NCBI GenBank assembly: GCA_951406725.2
Contig: OX597825.1
Span: 24,552,001-24,616,000 of the forward strand
Direction: 5' to 3'
Source of the DNA: Octopus vulgaris
Lineage: Eukaryota
Length of the DNA stretch: 64,000 bases
This document shows positions 1 through 13,091 of this stretch, piece after piece. Both the position numbers and the translations under genes were made by a program. How positions within the stretch are numbered: the first letter of the stretch is position 1; every line of letters begins with the position of its first letter. Under the pieces are notes generated by a model, which had not been told where the DNA came from, did not search any database, and was given only the letters and a program-made list of their open reading frames with translations.

Positions 1-247
1 TAGTGGTGGTGGTCTTTTTTTTTTGTTTTTTTTTTGCCCTAAAAGAAAGTGAAATTGTTATTGCTAAAGTTTTGCTTCACTTGATGCCATGTTCAACGAC
101 ATGACCAATACCAAGGAATGGAAGCACCAATTAGACAGACAGAATACTAATGTGCATTCACCTCCAATGCACTTTTCATGCTTTGTACGCTTCAGTAAAT
201 AAACTTTATTACGTTGAAATATGTCTTGTTTTAGACAATCACTTCAT

Positions 248-252
<5 letters not shown>

Positions 253-312
<60 letters not shown>

Positions 313-910
313 GTCTCTCTCTCCCTCTTTTTTCTCTCTCGCCCTCTTTTTTCTCTCGCTCCCTCTTTTTTCTTCTCTCTCTTTCTTTCTCTCCTCTTTC
401 TCTCTTTCTTCTCTCTCACGTTTTCTCTGTCTGCCTTCATCTCTTTCTATCTCTCTCCTCTCTTTCTCTTTGTCTTTCTCTCTGTCTCTCTCCATCACTC
501 TTTCTCTGTTTCTCTGTCTCTCTCCTCTCTTCTCTGTCTCTCTCCATCTCTCTCCTCTCTTCTTTCTCCCTCTCCATCTCTCTCCTCTCTTCTTTGTCTC
601 TCTCCATCTCTCTCCTCTCTTCTTTTTCGCTCTCCATCTCTCTCTCCTCTCTTCTTTGTCTCTCTCCATCTCTCTCCTCTCTTCTTTTTCGCTCTCCATC
701 TCTCTCCTCTCTTCTTTGTCCCTCTCCATCTCTCTCCTCTCTTCTTTGTCTCTCTCCATCTCTCTCCTCTCTTCTTTGTCTCTTTCCATTTCTTTCTTTC
801 TCTCTATCTCTCTCTTTTTCTTTCTCTGTGTATCACTCCCTCTCTCTCTCTACCTCTTAATCTCTCTCCTTCTCTCTACCTCTTAATCTCTCTCCCTCTC
901 TTTATCTCTT
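253..910. repeat. (CT)n microsatellite and CT-rich tract containing a ~30-bp minisatellite (tctctctccatctctctcctctcttctttg)
   Basis: Direct reading; ~30-bp units repeat across about 505-790. Confidence 0.9.
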
Positions 911-1114
911 AATCTTGGCTGTATATTTTTTTCCAATTTTACGTACAAATGAAGCCAACTTTGTTTTAGATATTTGCCCAAAAGTGCATGACAAGTAAAA
1001 AACATAAGAAATGGTGGGTGGTTGAGGGGGTGGGGTTGGAACAAATACTCTAACGCGTACTTCACTTTTCCCATTCTTACTGCATCAAATACTATTTCCA
1101 CCTCTAACTCTTAC

Positions 1115-1990
1115 TACCACCACATCTACTACAACCACTGCCCTCAATACCAGCTCCACCACCAGCACCACCACGTCTCCTACAACAACCACCACCCTCA
1201 ATACCAGCTCCATCTCCAACCACCACCACATCTCCTGCCACTAGCACCACCATCAGCACCACCAACACCAGCACTACATCTCCTACCACAACCACCACCC
1301 TCAATACCAGCTCCATCTCCAACCACCACCACATCTCCTGCCACTAGCACCACCATCAGCACCACCAACACCAGCACTACATCTCCTACCACAACCACCA
1401 CCCTCAATACCAGCTCCATCTCCAACCACCACCACATCTCCTGCCACTAGCACCACCATCAGCACCACCAACACCAGCACTACATCTCCTACCAACAACC
1501 ACCACCCTCAATACCAGCTCCATCTCCAACCACCACCACATCTCCTGCCACTAGCACCACCATCAGCACCACCAACACCAGCACTACATCTCCTACCACA
1601 ACCACCACCCTCAATACCAGCTCCATCTCCAACCACCACCACATCTCCTGCCACTAGCACCACCATCAGCACCACCAACACCAGCACTACATCTCCTACC
1701 ACAACCACTGCCCTCAATACCAGCTCCACAACCAGCTCCACCATATCTCCTATAACAACCACTGCCCTCAATACCAGCTCCATCTCCAACCACCACCACA
1801 TCTCCTGCCACTACCACCACCACCATCACCACTACCACATTTCCTACCACTACCATTGTCCTCAATACCAGCACTACCAACACCATCACCACCACGTCTC
1901 CTAACACTACCACCACCACCACCACCACCACCACCACCACCACCACCACCACCACCACCACCACCACTACCACCACCACCACCACATTTC
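1115..1990. repeat. 103-bp CA-rich minisatellite (5 near-identical units, 1195-1710) grading into (CCA)n
   Basis: ccctcaataccagctcc recurs at 1195, 1298, 1401, 1505, 1608 and 1711. Confidence 0.9.
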
Positions 1991-2170
1991 CTACCACATC
2001 CCTGGTGCCAAGCAGTCTTGGCCTATGTCTTACCCTTGAACAACATCGGTGGCATGAAGAGTGGAGGCTCAAAATATAGCAAGGATGGAGATGAGGGTAC
2101 AGCAGTTTCCTACCCCTGCCCCAGTGGGAAGGAGTTCAAAATTTCCTCTTGTTTATCATACCTATAACAT

Positions 2171-2915
2171 GAAGGTGCATGGCTCAGTGGTTAGAGCATC
2201 AGGCTCACAATCATGAAGTAGTGAGTTCATTTCCTGGACTGGACTGTGTGTTATATTCTTGAACAAGACACTTTACTTCACATTGCTCTAGCTGTAGAAA
2301 TGAGTTGTGACATCCTTGGTGCCAAGCTGTCCCGGCCTATGTCTTTCTCTTGAACAACATCGGTGGCATGAAGAGCAGAGGCTGGTATGCATGAGTGACT
2401 CTTTACTCTTTACTCTTTTACTTGTTTCAGTCATTTGACTGCAGCCATGCTGGAGCACTGCCTTTAGTCGAGCAAATCGACCCCAGGACTTATTCTTTGT
2501 AAACCCAGTTCTATCGGTCTCTTTTGCCGAACCGCTAAGTGACGGGGACGTAAACACACCAGCATCGGTTGTCAAGCAATGCTAGGGAGACAAACACAGA
2601 CACACAAACATATACACACACACTTATATATATATACATATATACGACAGGCTTTTTTCAGTTTCCGTCTACCAAATCCACTCACAAGGTATTGGTCGGC
2701 AGGGCTATAGCAGAAGACACTTGCCCAAGATGCCATGCAGTGGGACTGAACCTGGAACCATGTGGTTGGTTAGCAAGCTACTTACCACACAGCCACTTCT
2801 GCGCCTGTTGGTCTTCCATAAACAACTTTGCCCAGACTTGTGCCTTGGAGGGTAACTTTCTAAGTGCAATCCCATGGTCATTCATGACTGAAGGGGGTCT
2901 TTACTCTTTACCTTT
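2171..2915 (+). mobile_element. tRNA-derived SINE family D, split by a nested family-A SINE
   Basis: A box tggctcagtgg, B-box-like gagttcatttc, ttcttgaacaagacac core; colinear with the uninterrupted copy at 28880-29218. Confidence 0.8.
2399..2806 (-). mobile_element. tRNA-derived SINE family A (head aggcgcaggagtggctgtgtgg, internal (TA)/(TG) tract, tail ...gaaacaagtaaaagag)
   Basis: A box TGGCTGTGTGG and B box GGTTCAGTCC on the minus strand; more than 12 similar copies in the window. Confidence 0.9.
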
Positions 2916-4302
2916 TTACCCGTTAAATTACAATGAAGATACCAAAATTATCTATGCCTCCCACACATCAGAGCTCTTGCTATTCCACTGGCAAAGACTA
3001 TTTATACTCAGAAATGAAACCAAATATATTTGCACTTTTAATTCTTGATTCAAGATATGATACGGATTTTTATTCATATGGATATTATATTTTCTATATC
3101 ATACACACGTCATGTCATTTTCCACTTTCCCCCTTAACTCTCAGAATATTTTAATTTTATCTCTTTTTCATGGTGGGAAGACAGAAATAATTATTTATAG
3201 TCGAATATAAAACATTAGATGATAGCTGTATTTCAGTTAAAGTTTAATATCTGTGTTATATATGTGAAAAGTAATATTCTTCTTCTCCCATAATCTTATG
3301 TTAATCTCCAAGAAAAATAACAGAGAAAAGGTTCAACCAGTTATTTACGTTCTTATTTCTTCAAATTTCAATATAAATTTCAGCTTCTCTCAACAGTGTC
3401 ATTAAAATTGATTGACATATCTTCGTTAATGCATTCGTCTTAAGACAGGAAATAAATTTGTTTTATTATTACGTTTTGCTCATTTGCTCTTTCCTTCTAC
3501 TTTATGGAAAGGAGAATAATGTAGCTTACTTTATTATTGTTGAATCTCACATCGTGATATTTGTGTGACTACGCAAGCCTATAAGCATTTTGTGTGTGTA
3601 TTTGAGTCTGTCTGTGATAGTTGATATACCTCTGTGTGTATGGAGTGTGAGTAATTGTGTCTGTATGTTATAAGGTTTTGAATATTATTACGCAGAGTTG
3701 TCAAATATTAAATTATCTTCGCATCTTCTCATCAACAAATCAAAAAAGCTGCAAGGAAGACATGTAATAATTACCTTTTGCTTAACTAAGGAAAATGTAA
3801 ATATTTACTATGTTTAGTATGTGTGTACGTCTGTGTATATGTATATATATGTATGTTTGTGAGTATATGTGTACATATACATGCAAATATCTACACACAC
3901 ATGCACTCACAGACACACACAAATACACGCACACAAACACACACACAAACAAACATAATCGAGTGCTTACATTTACTCACCAGCCAAAATATGAGTTTGC
4001 TATCGAGAGAAATGTTGTTTTAAACTACGAACTGTGTCACAAGTACAGTAGAACCGAAATGGATGAACTAGAGTATAGCTTGAACTGAAATATAAAAGTA
4101 AGACAGGAATAGAATAAGACAAATTAAGGTGTCCAAAATTTAATTATAATATAAATAGGACCACCACAAATAAATCAAATAGTGTATTAATGAAGTTGAT
4201 AAGTTGCCAAATAGATTTCACTGCAGTTTTTGTTTCACTCCTCTGCATTCCTTGTTCAAATCCTGCTGAGGTCAACTTCACCTTTTTCCCTTCTGAGGTT
4301 GG

Positions 4303-4645
4303 CATGAAGGTCATCTGAAAAGTTCATAAGTTGATCAAACTCTACTCATGGAATATGACCAAATGAGGTTTATTTTTCAACATAGATCCCCTCACAGTTC
4401 ACACACTTCCTCCATTAGTGTTGCAGTACTAGGATCCCATTGGTGTAAGAGCTTTCATTCTGTTGGTCAAAAGAGTCATCAGCAGCAGATCCGATGTCAT
4501 CATTACTGTGATACTGGCTCCTGGGGAACAGATGGAGCTAAATCAGGAAAACAGGGCGGCTTATCAACCAGTTCAAGGCCACAGTCACACACAGCAGCCA
4601 TTGCTACCAAGGACTTGTGCGCTGGAGCATTGTTCTGCGAAAACA
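4303..4645 (-). mobile_element. mariner transposase 3' remnant with TIR
   Basis: Minus strand reads QNNAPAHKS...KPPCFPDLAPS (cf. HDNAPAH, HPPYSPDLAPSD) and TNGILVLQH*WRKCVNCEGIYVEK*. Confidence 0.85.
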
Positions 4646-4663
4646 AATCCTAAGGTCTACTGG

Positions 4664-4758
4664 CTAGGTATGACCTTTCCAAAGGATTTTATGAAATGTT
4701 TTGTTGGTTAAAAAGGCAAATACACCCCAGTCATTTGGGGGTTTAAATTCACTGATTC
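4664..4758 (-). CDS. Candidate terminal exon of an unidentified host gene
   Basis: Acceptor ttatttcatcag; open frame (G)ISEFKPPNDWGVFAFLTNKTFHKILWKGHT*; phase-compatible with exon 8454-8476; no homology recognised. Confidence 0.25.
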
Positions 4759-5064
4759 CTGATGAAATAACATTGTTCATGATAAATATTTACTTTGCAT
4801 ACATCACCAATAGGTACCATATGACTTTAATACAGAAAAATCATGTTTTATTTATGTTAGTGTTTTTTTTATTTCCTTGTAAAAATAAAATGAAATAAAA
4901 AGGAATTAATTTTTGCTTGTTTTGGATTTTAAGTATAGTATATGAGATGCAATAAAAAGATAGCACAATAAGTCGTTATACTTTAAGCTTGCATTCATCA
5001 TTAGTCAATTAAAATTTAATCATTGTCTTTATCAGTTAATAAACTGCTAATCTCTCCCAACATC

Positions 5065-5250
5065 ATGTCACAGAAGAGAAAGCAGAGCAAAACTATTATG
5101 AAGAGAAATTCAAACTGAAAATTAATTGAGTATGCCAAACAAAACTCAAATTGTAAAGCTGAACAGAAATTTGGCAACACAGAAAAAAATAAATGATGAG
5201 AGATTGGAGATCAAAGGAAGACAAGCTCAGATAAGCCTCAGTGCACTCTG
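5065..5250 (+). mobile_element. pogo/Tigger-type transposase N-terminal (Brinker-like DBD) remnant
   Basis: Frameshifted reading FKLKI-IEYAKQNSNCKAEQKFGNTEK..MRDWRSKEDKL. Confidence 0.6.
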
Positions 5251-5779
5251 TAAAAAAAAATTAAAAAAATTAAGATCTGTATTTGCTTCGTATGACAAAA
5301 ATAGGAAACCAAGCTGAAAAAAATAGATTGTAGAACTTCGTTTCAGTTGCTATAATGTTTCACATGCAATTATTTGTGATTGCACTGTACATATTACTAA
5401 TGAACTTCAACACATCAGATTTCAAGAGTCAAAAGGCTGACATTTCATTTAGAAGACTCAAATAGTCAGTGACTCGGAACTCAGATAGTCAGTGACTCAG
5501 ATAGTCAGTGACTCAGACAGTGAATCCATATCAGAGGGAAACTTCTAACCGACATGAATGAGGAGTATTTTGAACTGCATTAAGTACAGGTACAGCTGTG
5601 CACCTCTTCATACAAGGGATGTTCTTTTGTTTCTAGTCATCCATGGAAACCCATGGGGATACCATGGGGAGATATCAGTTTGCTTGGAAACAGGTGAGAT
5701 TTGGTGACAGGATGGGTAGAAAATCTATCTCAGCAAATTCCATCTGACCCATAAAAAAACATGGAAAAGTAGACGTTAA

Positions 5780-5816
<37 letters not shown>

Positions 5817-5899
5817 GATGATGATGATGATGAAGTTGATGATGATGACAACGATGATGATGGTGATGACAACGATGATGATGACGACGACAATGATGT

Positions 5900-6000
<101 letters not shown>

Positions 6001-6003
6001 TTT

Positions 6004-6046
<43 letters not shown>

Positions 6047-6585
6047 CGACGACGACGATGATGATGATGACGACGATGATGATGATGACAACGATGATGA
6101 TGATAATGTTCATGATGATGATGATGATTAGAGAATAGTTATTTTTCTCAGTTGCCTGTTGCAAGTTTGTACGATGTCAGGGTCAAATGATGCATTTTAA
6201 TAATTGCCAACATAGCTGTTGTGCTTAAAAAGTTTCCTTCCCTGCTATGTCATCTCTGGTTCAATCCCATTTGGACAAGTGTCTTGCACTATATAGACCT
6301 GAGGTTGATGAAATATAGTACCAGTCACGTATTGGGGTTGATGTAATTGATTTACTCCTGACCCTGCCATTTCCTCTGACCTCATGTCCTGAGTACATAT
6401 GCTGTTGAGGGTGGCTTTGCCTTTCATACTTTTTAGGCAATAATGGTTTCACATTTTGGCACAAGGCCAGCAATTTCGGTGCAGAATTTGAGCTCAGAAC
6501 ATGAAGACAGATGAAATGCTGCTAGGGAATTCCCCCCACCTCACCCCTCACCCCAGCAGGCTAATGATTCTATCAGCTTGCTACC

Positions 6586-6650
<65 letters not shown>

Positions 6651-6659
6651 AATAATAAA

Positions 6660-7180
6660 CTTCTGATCTTAACTGATTGGAAGTGTTATCATGTACATTG
6701 TTTTGTCTTGGTATAAATGATGGGCTACAGCAAATATTCTGCTCAATACCACAGATTTGCTTGTCAGTTGTTTGACCTTAACCAGTTGAGCATGTCCCTT
6801 AGTGGCTGACGATATGTGCATCTCTGATCACGAGCAGAAGTAGTGGGGGAGCATCATAGCCATGTGTTGAGAGGGATTCTTTGGGGTTTGAATAGTTCAC
6901 CTCTGGAAACATGGGGGGTTCTTTCAACATCCTTAAACAACCCTTATTCAGGGACCGTTTGAGTGGGATGGGCTACTCAACCTGAAGAAAATTCTAACTG
7001 GGCCCCACCTGCAAGGTCATGTGCTGTTTATCTTGATATGAGATCACCATGTCGCGCACATATGGCTGTGATGCATGTGCCTGGTGTACCTTTATCAGAC
7101 GGGTAGTTCATGATGGGTATATTGGGCTTCGTATATTTTACCCCAGTGTCACTTTGATGGCATGAAATGCTCTCTCACTC
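6660..7180 (+). mobile_element. (TAA)n-targeting non-coding retroposon, copy 1 (5'-truncated)
   Basis: Colinear with 9236-9737, 10491-11063 and 61635-62191; fixed 3' end ctctcactc(aat)n. Confidence 0.85.
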
Positions 7181-7195
7181 AATAATAATAATAAT

Positions 7196-7411
7196 AATCC
7201 TTTCTACTAAAGACACAAGGCCTAAAATTTGTGGAAGGGGATTGGTCAATTAAACTGACCCCAGTGTTTCACTGGTACTTAATTTATTGTCCCTGAAAGG
7301 AGAAAAGGCAAAGTCAACCTCGGTGGAATTTGAACTCTGAATGTAAAGACAAACGAAATGCCACTAAGCATTTCACCCGTCATGCTAATGATTCTGCCAG
7401 CTCACCGCCTT
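7196..7411 (-). mobile_element. SINE family B (tRNA head plus Meta-like central domain)
   Basis: Head aaggcggtgagctggcagaa, B box gagttcaaattcc, central gcctttt..cctttcaggg..aataaattaagtaccag. Confidence 0.85.
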
Positions 7412-7445
7412 AAGAATAATAACAACAACAACAACAACAATAATA

Positions 7446-7548
7446 CTTTGGCAGTACATATACTAAAATTGGAACAATACAGAGAAGATTAGCATGGCCC
7501 TGCACAAGGATGACATGCAAATTCGTGAAGCATTCCATATTTTTTTTT
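7446..7548 (+). pseudogene. U6: U6 snRNA retro-pseudogene
   Basis: Near full-length match to U6, including ACAGAGAAG and the 3' oligo-T; lacks about 7 nt at the 5' end; differences are mainly CpG transitions; only microsatellite and SINE upstream, with no PSE/TATA. Confidence 0.95.
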
Positions 7549-7549
7549 A

Positions 7550-7830
7550 ATATTTGAGCGAGGTCATTGCCAGTGTCGCTGGACTGGCTCCTGTGCAAGT
7601 GGCACATAAAAACCACTATTTGAGCGTGGCCATTGCCAGTACCTCCTGACTGGCCCTCATGCCGGTGGCATGTAAAAACACCCACTACACTCTCGGAGTG
7701 GTTAGCATTAGGAAGGGCATCCAGCTGTAGAAACTCTGCCAGATCAAGATTGGAGCCTGGTACAGCCATCTCGTTCGCCAGTCCTCAGTCAAATCGTCCA
7801 ACCCATGCTAGCATGGAAAGCGGACGTTAA
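7550..7830 (+). mobile_element. RTE LINE 3'UTR-type repeat (family C)
   Basis: Tandem gtggcac(g/a)taaaaa units, then aggaagggcatccagctgtagaaac...gcatggaaagcggacgttaa; same family as 20005-20460 and 34592-34955. Confidence 0.8.
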
Positions 7831-7831
7831 A

Positions 7832-8059
7832 CTCTCTTTACTCTTTTACTCTTTTACTTTTTTCAGTCATTTTGACTGCGGCCATGCTGGAACACCGCCT
7901 TTAGTCGAGCAACTCGACCCCGAGACTTATTCTTTGTAAGCCCAGTACTTATTCTATCGGTCTCTTTTGCCGAACCGCTAAGTGACGGGGACATAACCAC
8001 ACCAGCATCAGTTATCAAGCAATGCTAGGGGGACAAACACAGACACACAAACATACACG

Positions 8060-8108
<49 letters not shown>

Positions 8109-8271
8109 GACGGGCTTATTTCAGTTTCCGTCTGCCAAATCCACTCACAAGGCTTTGGTCGGCCCGAGGCTATAGTAGAAGACACTTGCCCAAGGTGCCA
8201 TGCAGTGGGACTGAACCCGGAACCATGTGGTTGGTAAACAAGCTACTTACCACACAGCCACTCCTGTGCCT
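7832..8271 (-). mobile_element. SINE family A
   Basis: Full-length copy colinear with 2399-2806. Confidence 0.9.
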
Positions 8272-8272
8272 G

Positions 8273-8320
<48 letters not shown>

Positions 8321-8453
8321 GTAGTAGTAGTAGTAAATAACAGCTATCATCATCCCCATCATTGTCATCATTTTCATCCTCATCATCATCACTGACATCA
8401 TCATAGACACTTTACTCATTATTTATTGCTTTCGTTCATTTCAAAGTAATTAC

Positions 8454-8476
8454 CATACAATATACTCCAAACTTTC
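8454..8476 (-). CDS. Candidate 23-nt micro-exon
   Basis: atttatgacag| ... |gtaatt; open in all three frames. Confidence 0.3.
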
Positions 8477-8583
8477 CTGTCATAAATAATAATGGTAAAA
8501 AACGAAAACAAAAACGCAAAATAAAGCAAAACTTTTTTGCAGGAAGTACAATTCTCGTTCGTATAACATTTCGAAAACTTTAC

Positions 8584-8635
8584 CAGTGATTTTTGTACAA
8601 TTTTTTCTTTCCGCCCAACAAACCAGAAATTATTT
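8584..8635 (-). CDS. Candidate 52-nt exon
   Basis: atttatgacag| ... |gtaaag; reads IISGLLGGKKKLYKNH or NNFWFVGRKEKIVQKSL. Confidence 0.3.
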
Positions 8636-9188
8636 CTGTCATAAATGTTTTCCTTTATCTGTTTTTCATTTGTTATTTTATTTTTAATGAGAATAATTCT
8701 TTTGTAGAAATATTCTTCAACGATGATAACATCACATATGATACTAAAAGAAAATGTTAAAAAATTAAAACTTGGAGTCTTTTAAGGAATCTTATTTTGT
8801 CTCTAGTTCCATTAATAATTTCTATAGAATATTGCAAATAGCTTTTGTTTGGGCAATATGTAAAGCTCCACAAGAGGGAAAGTAACATATTTATCCTCTT
8901 TTAATAGGGTACCCATGCAATAAAAAAAAATGGAAAATTTTAAAAAATTAAATTAATGGCTATTTTTCAATTTTATTTTTCTTCACGCTAAATTTAAAAT
9001 TCTTCAGATGGCTGGATATTCCTTACAGCAATAAAATTTTCAACTTTTATTTTTTAATTATTTCCTATTTTATTTCTTAAACGGTTCTTTGTTTTTGAGC
9101 ACTGGATTGTCTGATGCATTCCACTGTCTATAGTTCTTTATTTTTTTCTTTCATTATTGAGAAAATATTGAATGTAACAATAATAATG

Positions 9189-9230
<42 letters not shown>

Positions 9231-9235
9231 TTAAG

Positions 9236-9737
9236 TGGAAGTGTTATCATGTACATTGTTTTGTCTTGGTATAAATGATGGGCTACAGCAAATATTCTGC
9301 TCAATACCACAGATTTGCTTGTCAGTTATTTGACCTTAACCAGTTAACTATGTCCCTTAGTGGCTGACGATATGTGCATCTCTGACCACGAGCAGAAGTA
9401 GTGGGGGAGTATCATAGCCATGTGTTGAGAGGGATTCTTAGAGGTTTGGATAATTCACTTTTGGAAACATGGGTGGTTCGTTCAACATCCTTAAACAATC
9501 CTTATTTAGGGGCCTTTTGAGTGGGATGAGCTACTTGACTAGAAGAAAATTCTAACTAGGCCCCACCTGCAAGGTCATGTGCTGTTTATCTTGATATGAG
9601 ATCACCATGTTGCACACATATAATTGTGCTGCATGTGCTGGTGTACCCTTATCAGATGGATAGTCATGAGTGGTATACTAGGCTTCAGTATATTTTACCC
9701 CAGTGTCACTTTGATGGCTTGCACTGCTCTCTCACTC
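9236..9737 (+). mobile_element. (TAA)n-targeting non-coding retroposon, copy 2 (5'-truncated)
   Basis: Same sequence as copy 1; (aat)n on both sides. Confidence 0.85.
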
Positions 9738-9805
<68 letters not shown>

Positions 9806-10023
9806 CGCTTTCTAATTTTGCCACATGGGCAGCAATTTGTGGGGAGGGATGAGTCAATTACATCAACCCCAGTGTTTCACTGGTACTCAATTTACTGACC
9901 CCAAAAGGATGAAAGGCAAAGTTGACCTCAGCAGAATTTTAAATCAGAACGTTGTGATAGGTTGAAATACCTCTAAGCATTTTGTCCAGTGTGCTCATTA
10001 TGTCCAGCTCATCACCTTCAATA

Positions 10024-10070
<47 letters not shown>

Positions 10071-10081
10071 TGTCAGCTGCC

Positions 10082-10135
<54 letters not shown>

Positions 10136-10260
10136 GTAATAATAATAATAATAACAATGGTTTCAAATTCTAGCACAAGACCTGCAATTTCAGGTGCGGA
10201 GTAAGTCGATTACATGAACCCCAGTGTTCAACTGGTACTTATTTTATCAACCCCAATATT

Positions 10261-10401
10261 ATGTTGCAATACCAGGAGATTTGAGAGTGAAATGTAAGGA
10301 AGCATAAAAGAGGGAGAAATACCAGCCACTGTGGGATGAGATAGGAAAGTTATGGGGCATGAGGAAAGTAATTGTGATACTGGTGGTAATTGGAGCATTA
10401 G
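10261..10401 (+). mobile_element. R4/Dong LINE restriction-like endonuclease fragment
   Basis: VAIPGDLRVKCKEA*KREKYQPLWDEIGKLWGMRKVIVILVVIGAL; parallels the 51323-51832 ORF. Confidence 0.8.
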
Positions 10402-11063
10402 TTGTTTGACCTTAACTAGTTGAGCACATCCCTTAGTGGCTGACAATATGTGCATCTTTGATCTTGAGCAGAAGTAATGGGGGAGCATCAATGCCCTGAT
10501 GCAGTACCAGGCAGAGGCTCGCATGTCTTCTGATCTTAACTGATTGGAAGTGTTATCATGTACATTGTTTTGTCTTGGTGTAAAAGAAGGGCTACAGCAA
10601 ATATTCTGCTCAGTACCACAGATTTGGTATTTGACCTAGCCAGTCAGTTATTTTACCTTAACCAGTTGAGCGTCTCCCTTGGTAGCTGATGATATGTGCA
10701 TCTCTGATCACAAGAAGAAGCGATGGGTGGGGGCATCATAGCCATGGGTTGAGAGGAATTCTTTGGGATTTGGATAACTCACCTCTGAAAACATGGATGT
10801 TTTGTTTATCATTCTCAAACAAAACTTATTCAGGGGGATCTTTTGAGCAGGACTGACTACTCAACCTGAAGAAAATTCTAACTGGGCCCCAGCTGCAAGG
10901 TCATGTGCTGTTTATATTGATATGAGCTCACTATGTTATCACAAATGGTCGCAATGCATGTGCCTAATGTACCCTTATCAGACAGGTAGTCACGATGGGT
11001 ATTTTGGGCTTTGTATATTTGTACCCCAGTGTCACTTTGATGAGATGCTCTGTTCGCTTACTC
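10400..11063 (+). mobile_element. (TAA)n-targeting retroposon: internal fragment (10400-10490) followed by full-length copy 3 (10491-11063)
   Basis: Copy starts atgccctgatgcagtaccaggcag, as copy 4 does; (aat)n tail. Confidence 0.85.
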
Positions 11064-11124
<61 letters not shown>

Positions 11125-11689
11125 GTTTCTCATCAAGGCACAAGGTCAGGAATTTTGTTGGGAGGGGCTAGCCCAAAACATCTGCCCTAGTAATTTACAT
11201 TATCAACTGTAAAAGAATGAAAAGCAAAAGTGACTTCTGTGGGATTTGAACTGCTTCTAATTTAGGTACAACGCCAACAGTTTTGAAGGGAGAGAATTAG
11301 TTGGTACCATCAACATTAGTACTTGGCTGGTACTTTATTTTATTGAGCCTGGAGGGATGAAAGGAAGACTTAACTTTGGGTGGATTTGAACTCAAACTGT
11401 AAAGAACTGGAACAAATGTTACAAAAGGTTTTGTGATGTTTGTTCTAGCTCTTTATATTCTTGACTCAAATCCTCTAATGGTTTACTTTACTTTTTCTCC
11501 CTCTGTGGGTGAATAAGATAGAGTACTATTCATGTACTTAGGGTCAATTGTATCTTTGAGATTCTCTCTAAATTGTTGATCTTATGCCTCGATTCTAAGT
11601 TCAATCCCAGGCAACGACTTGAAAGATAATATCAACAGAAAAATAACATCCATTAGCCAAATAAAGAGTTGGGTTTGAAATTCCTCCAG

Positions 11690-11735
11690 AACACCTGATG
11701 AGGGCTGGAGAGTACATCAGCCGAAACATTGTGAT
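11690..11735 (+). ncRNA. Degenerate minimal type-I hammerhead ribozyme (Penelope-type)
   Basis: aacac CTGATGA g ggctg-loop-cagcc GAAA catt gtgat; stem II is perfect, stems III and I carry substitutions. Confidence 0.6.
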
Positions 11736-12130
11736 AACAGCAAACAAGATGAGGACATCTATCCGTCCATTGTAAATAAAGTATTTAATCTGTCTTTACC
11801 TTCTGAGATCAAAGTCCACTGAGGTTGACCTTGCCTTTCAATGTTTTGGGATCGATAAAATAAGTACCAGCTGAGTACTACTGAGGTCGATGGGTTTGAC
11901 TTACCTTTTCCCTGGAAATTGTTGGCCTAGGGCCAAAATTTGAAACCATTATTATTATTGATAAATTAGCTGCAAGTGTGGCAGTACTGTAAGAAGTTTG
12001 CTTCCCAACCACATAGTTCCAGGTTCAATCCCATTGCATGGCTCCATGAGCAAATGTCTTCTATACTAACCCCAGGCCAACAAAAATATTGTGAATGGAT
12101 TTGATAGACAGGAACTGAAAGAAGCCTACC

Positions 12131-12289
12131 ACACAGGAGTGGCTATGTAGTAAGTAGCTTGCTTACCAACCACATGGTTCTGGGTTTAGTCCCACTGCAT
12201 GGAACCTTGGGTAAGTGTGTTCTATTATAGCCTCAGGCCAACCAAAGCCTTGTGAGTGGATTTGGTATAAGGAAACTGAAAGAAGCCCG

Positions 12290-12341
<52 letters not shown>

Positions 12342-12540
12342 GGATATCTGTGTTTGTCCCACCATTGCTTGACAACCGATGCTGGTGTGTTTACGTCCCC
12401 ATAACTTACCATTTTGGCAAAAGAGACCGATATAGGCTTACAAAGAATAAGTCCTAGGGTCGATTTGATCAACAAAAGGCAGTGCGGCAGCATGGCTACA
12501 ATCAAATGACTGAAACAAGTGAAAGACAAATGGTAAAAGA
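12131..12540 (+). mobile_element. SINE family A (preceded by a degraded head at ~11970-12128)
   Basis: Colinear with other family A copies. Confidence 0.85.
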
Positions 12541-13091
12541 GATATGTTATGCGTCTGTAGAGGCAGACATTCATCATCATTATCATCATCATAGTCATCA
12601 ACATCATCATCAGCAGCAGCATCGTAATCGTCGTCATCATCATCATCATCATCATCATCACCATCGTCATCATCATCAACATCATCATCATCTTGCCGTC
12701 ATCATCAACATCATTATCAATATCATCCTCATCATTTAACATCTGTTAAATTACGGTGCAAAAATCAACAGAAAGTGAATTATTATGGAAGAGAAATATG
12801 AAATGTATTCTTTTTTTTTGTTTTTTTTTCAAAAAAAATACAAAATGTAAAATGAAATAAATAGATGAATAAATAAATAGAAATAAAATAAAATAACTGA
12901 AAACAAATAATAATAAATAAGTTAAAAAGGGAATCTACAGAAATCAATAGAATTTTAAGTTGAAAATTTGTGATTTATGCAAATGTGTTATCTTAAATAC
13001 AACTGTAATTTCGTTTATATAATTAATGAGGTGTGTTATTAAAGTACATTTTTGATATATACTAGTTTAAAGTACAATATTCCACCAAATT

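Noticed and set aside
1022-2167. Mucin- or extensin-like gene
   Set aside because: The 103-bp unit is not a multiple of 3, stops recur, and there is no splice support
7446-7548. Functional U6 gene
   Set aside because: 5' truncation, CpG decay, a 1-nt deletion and no upstream promoter
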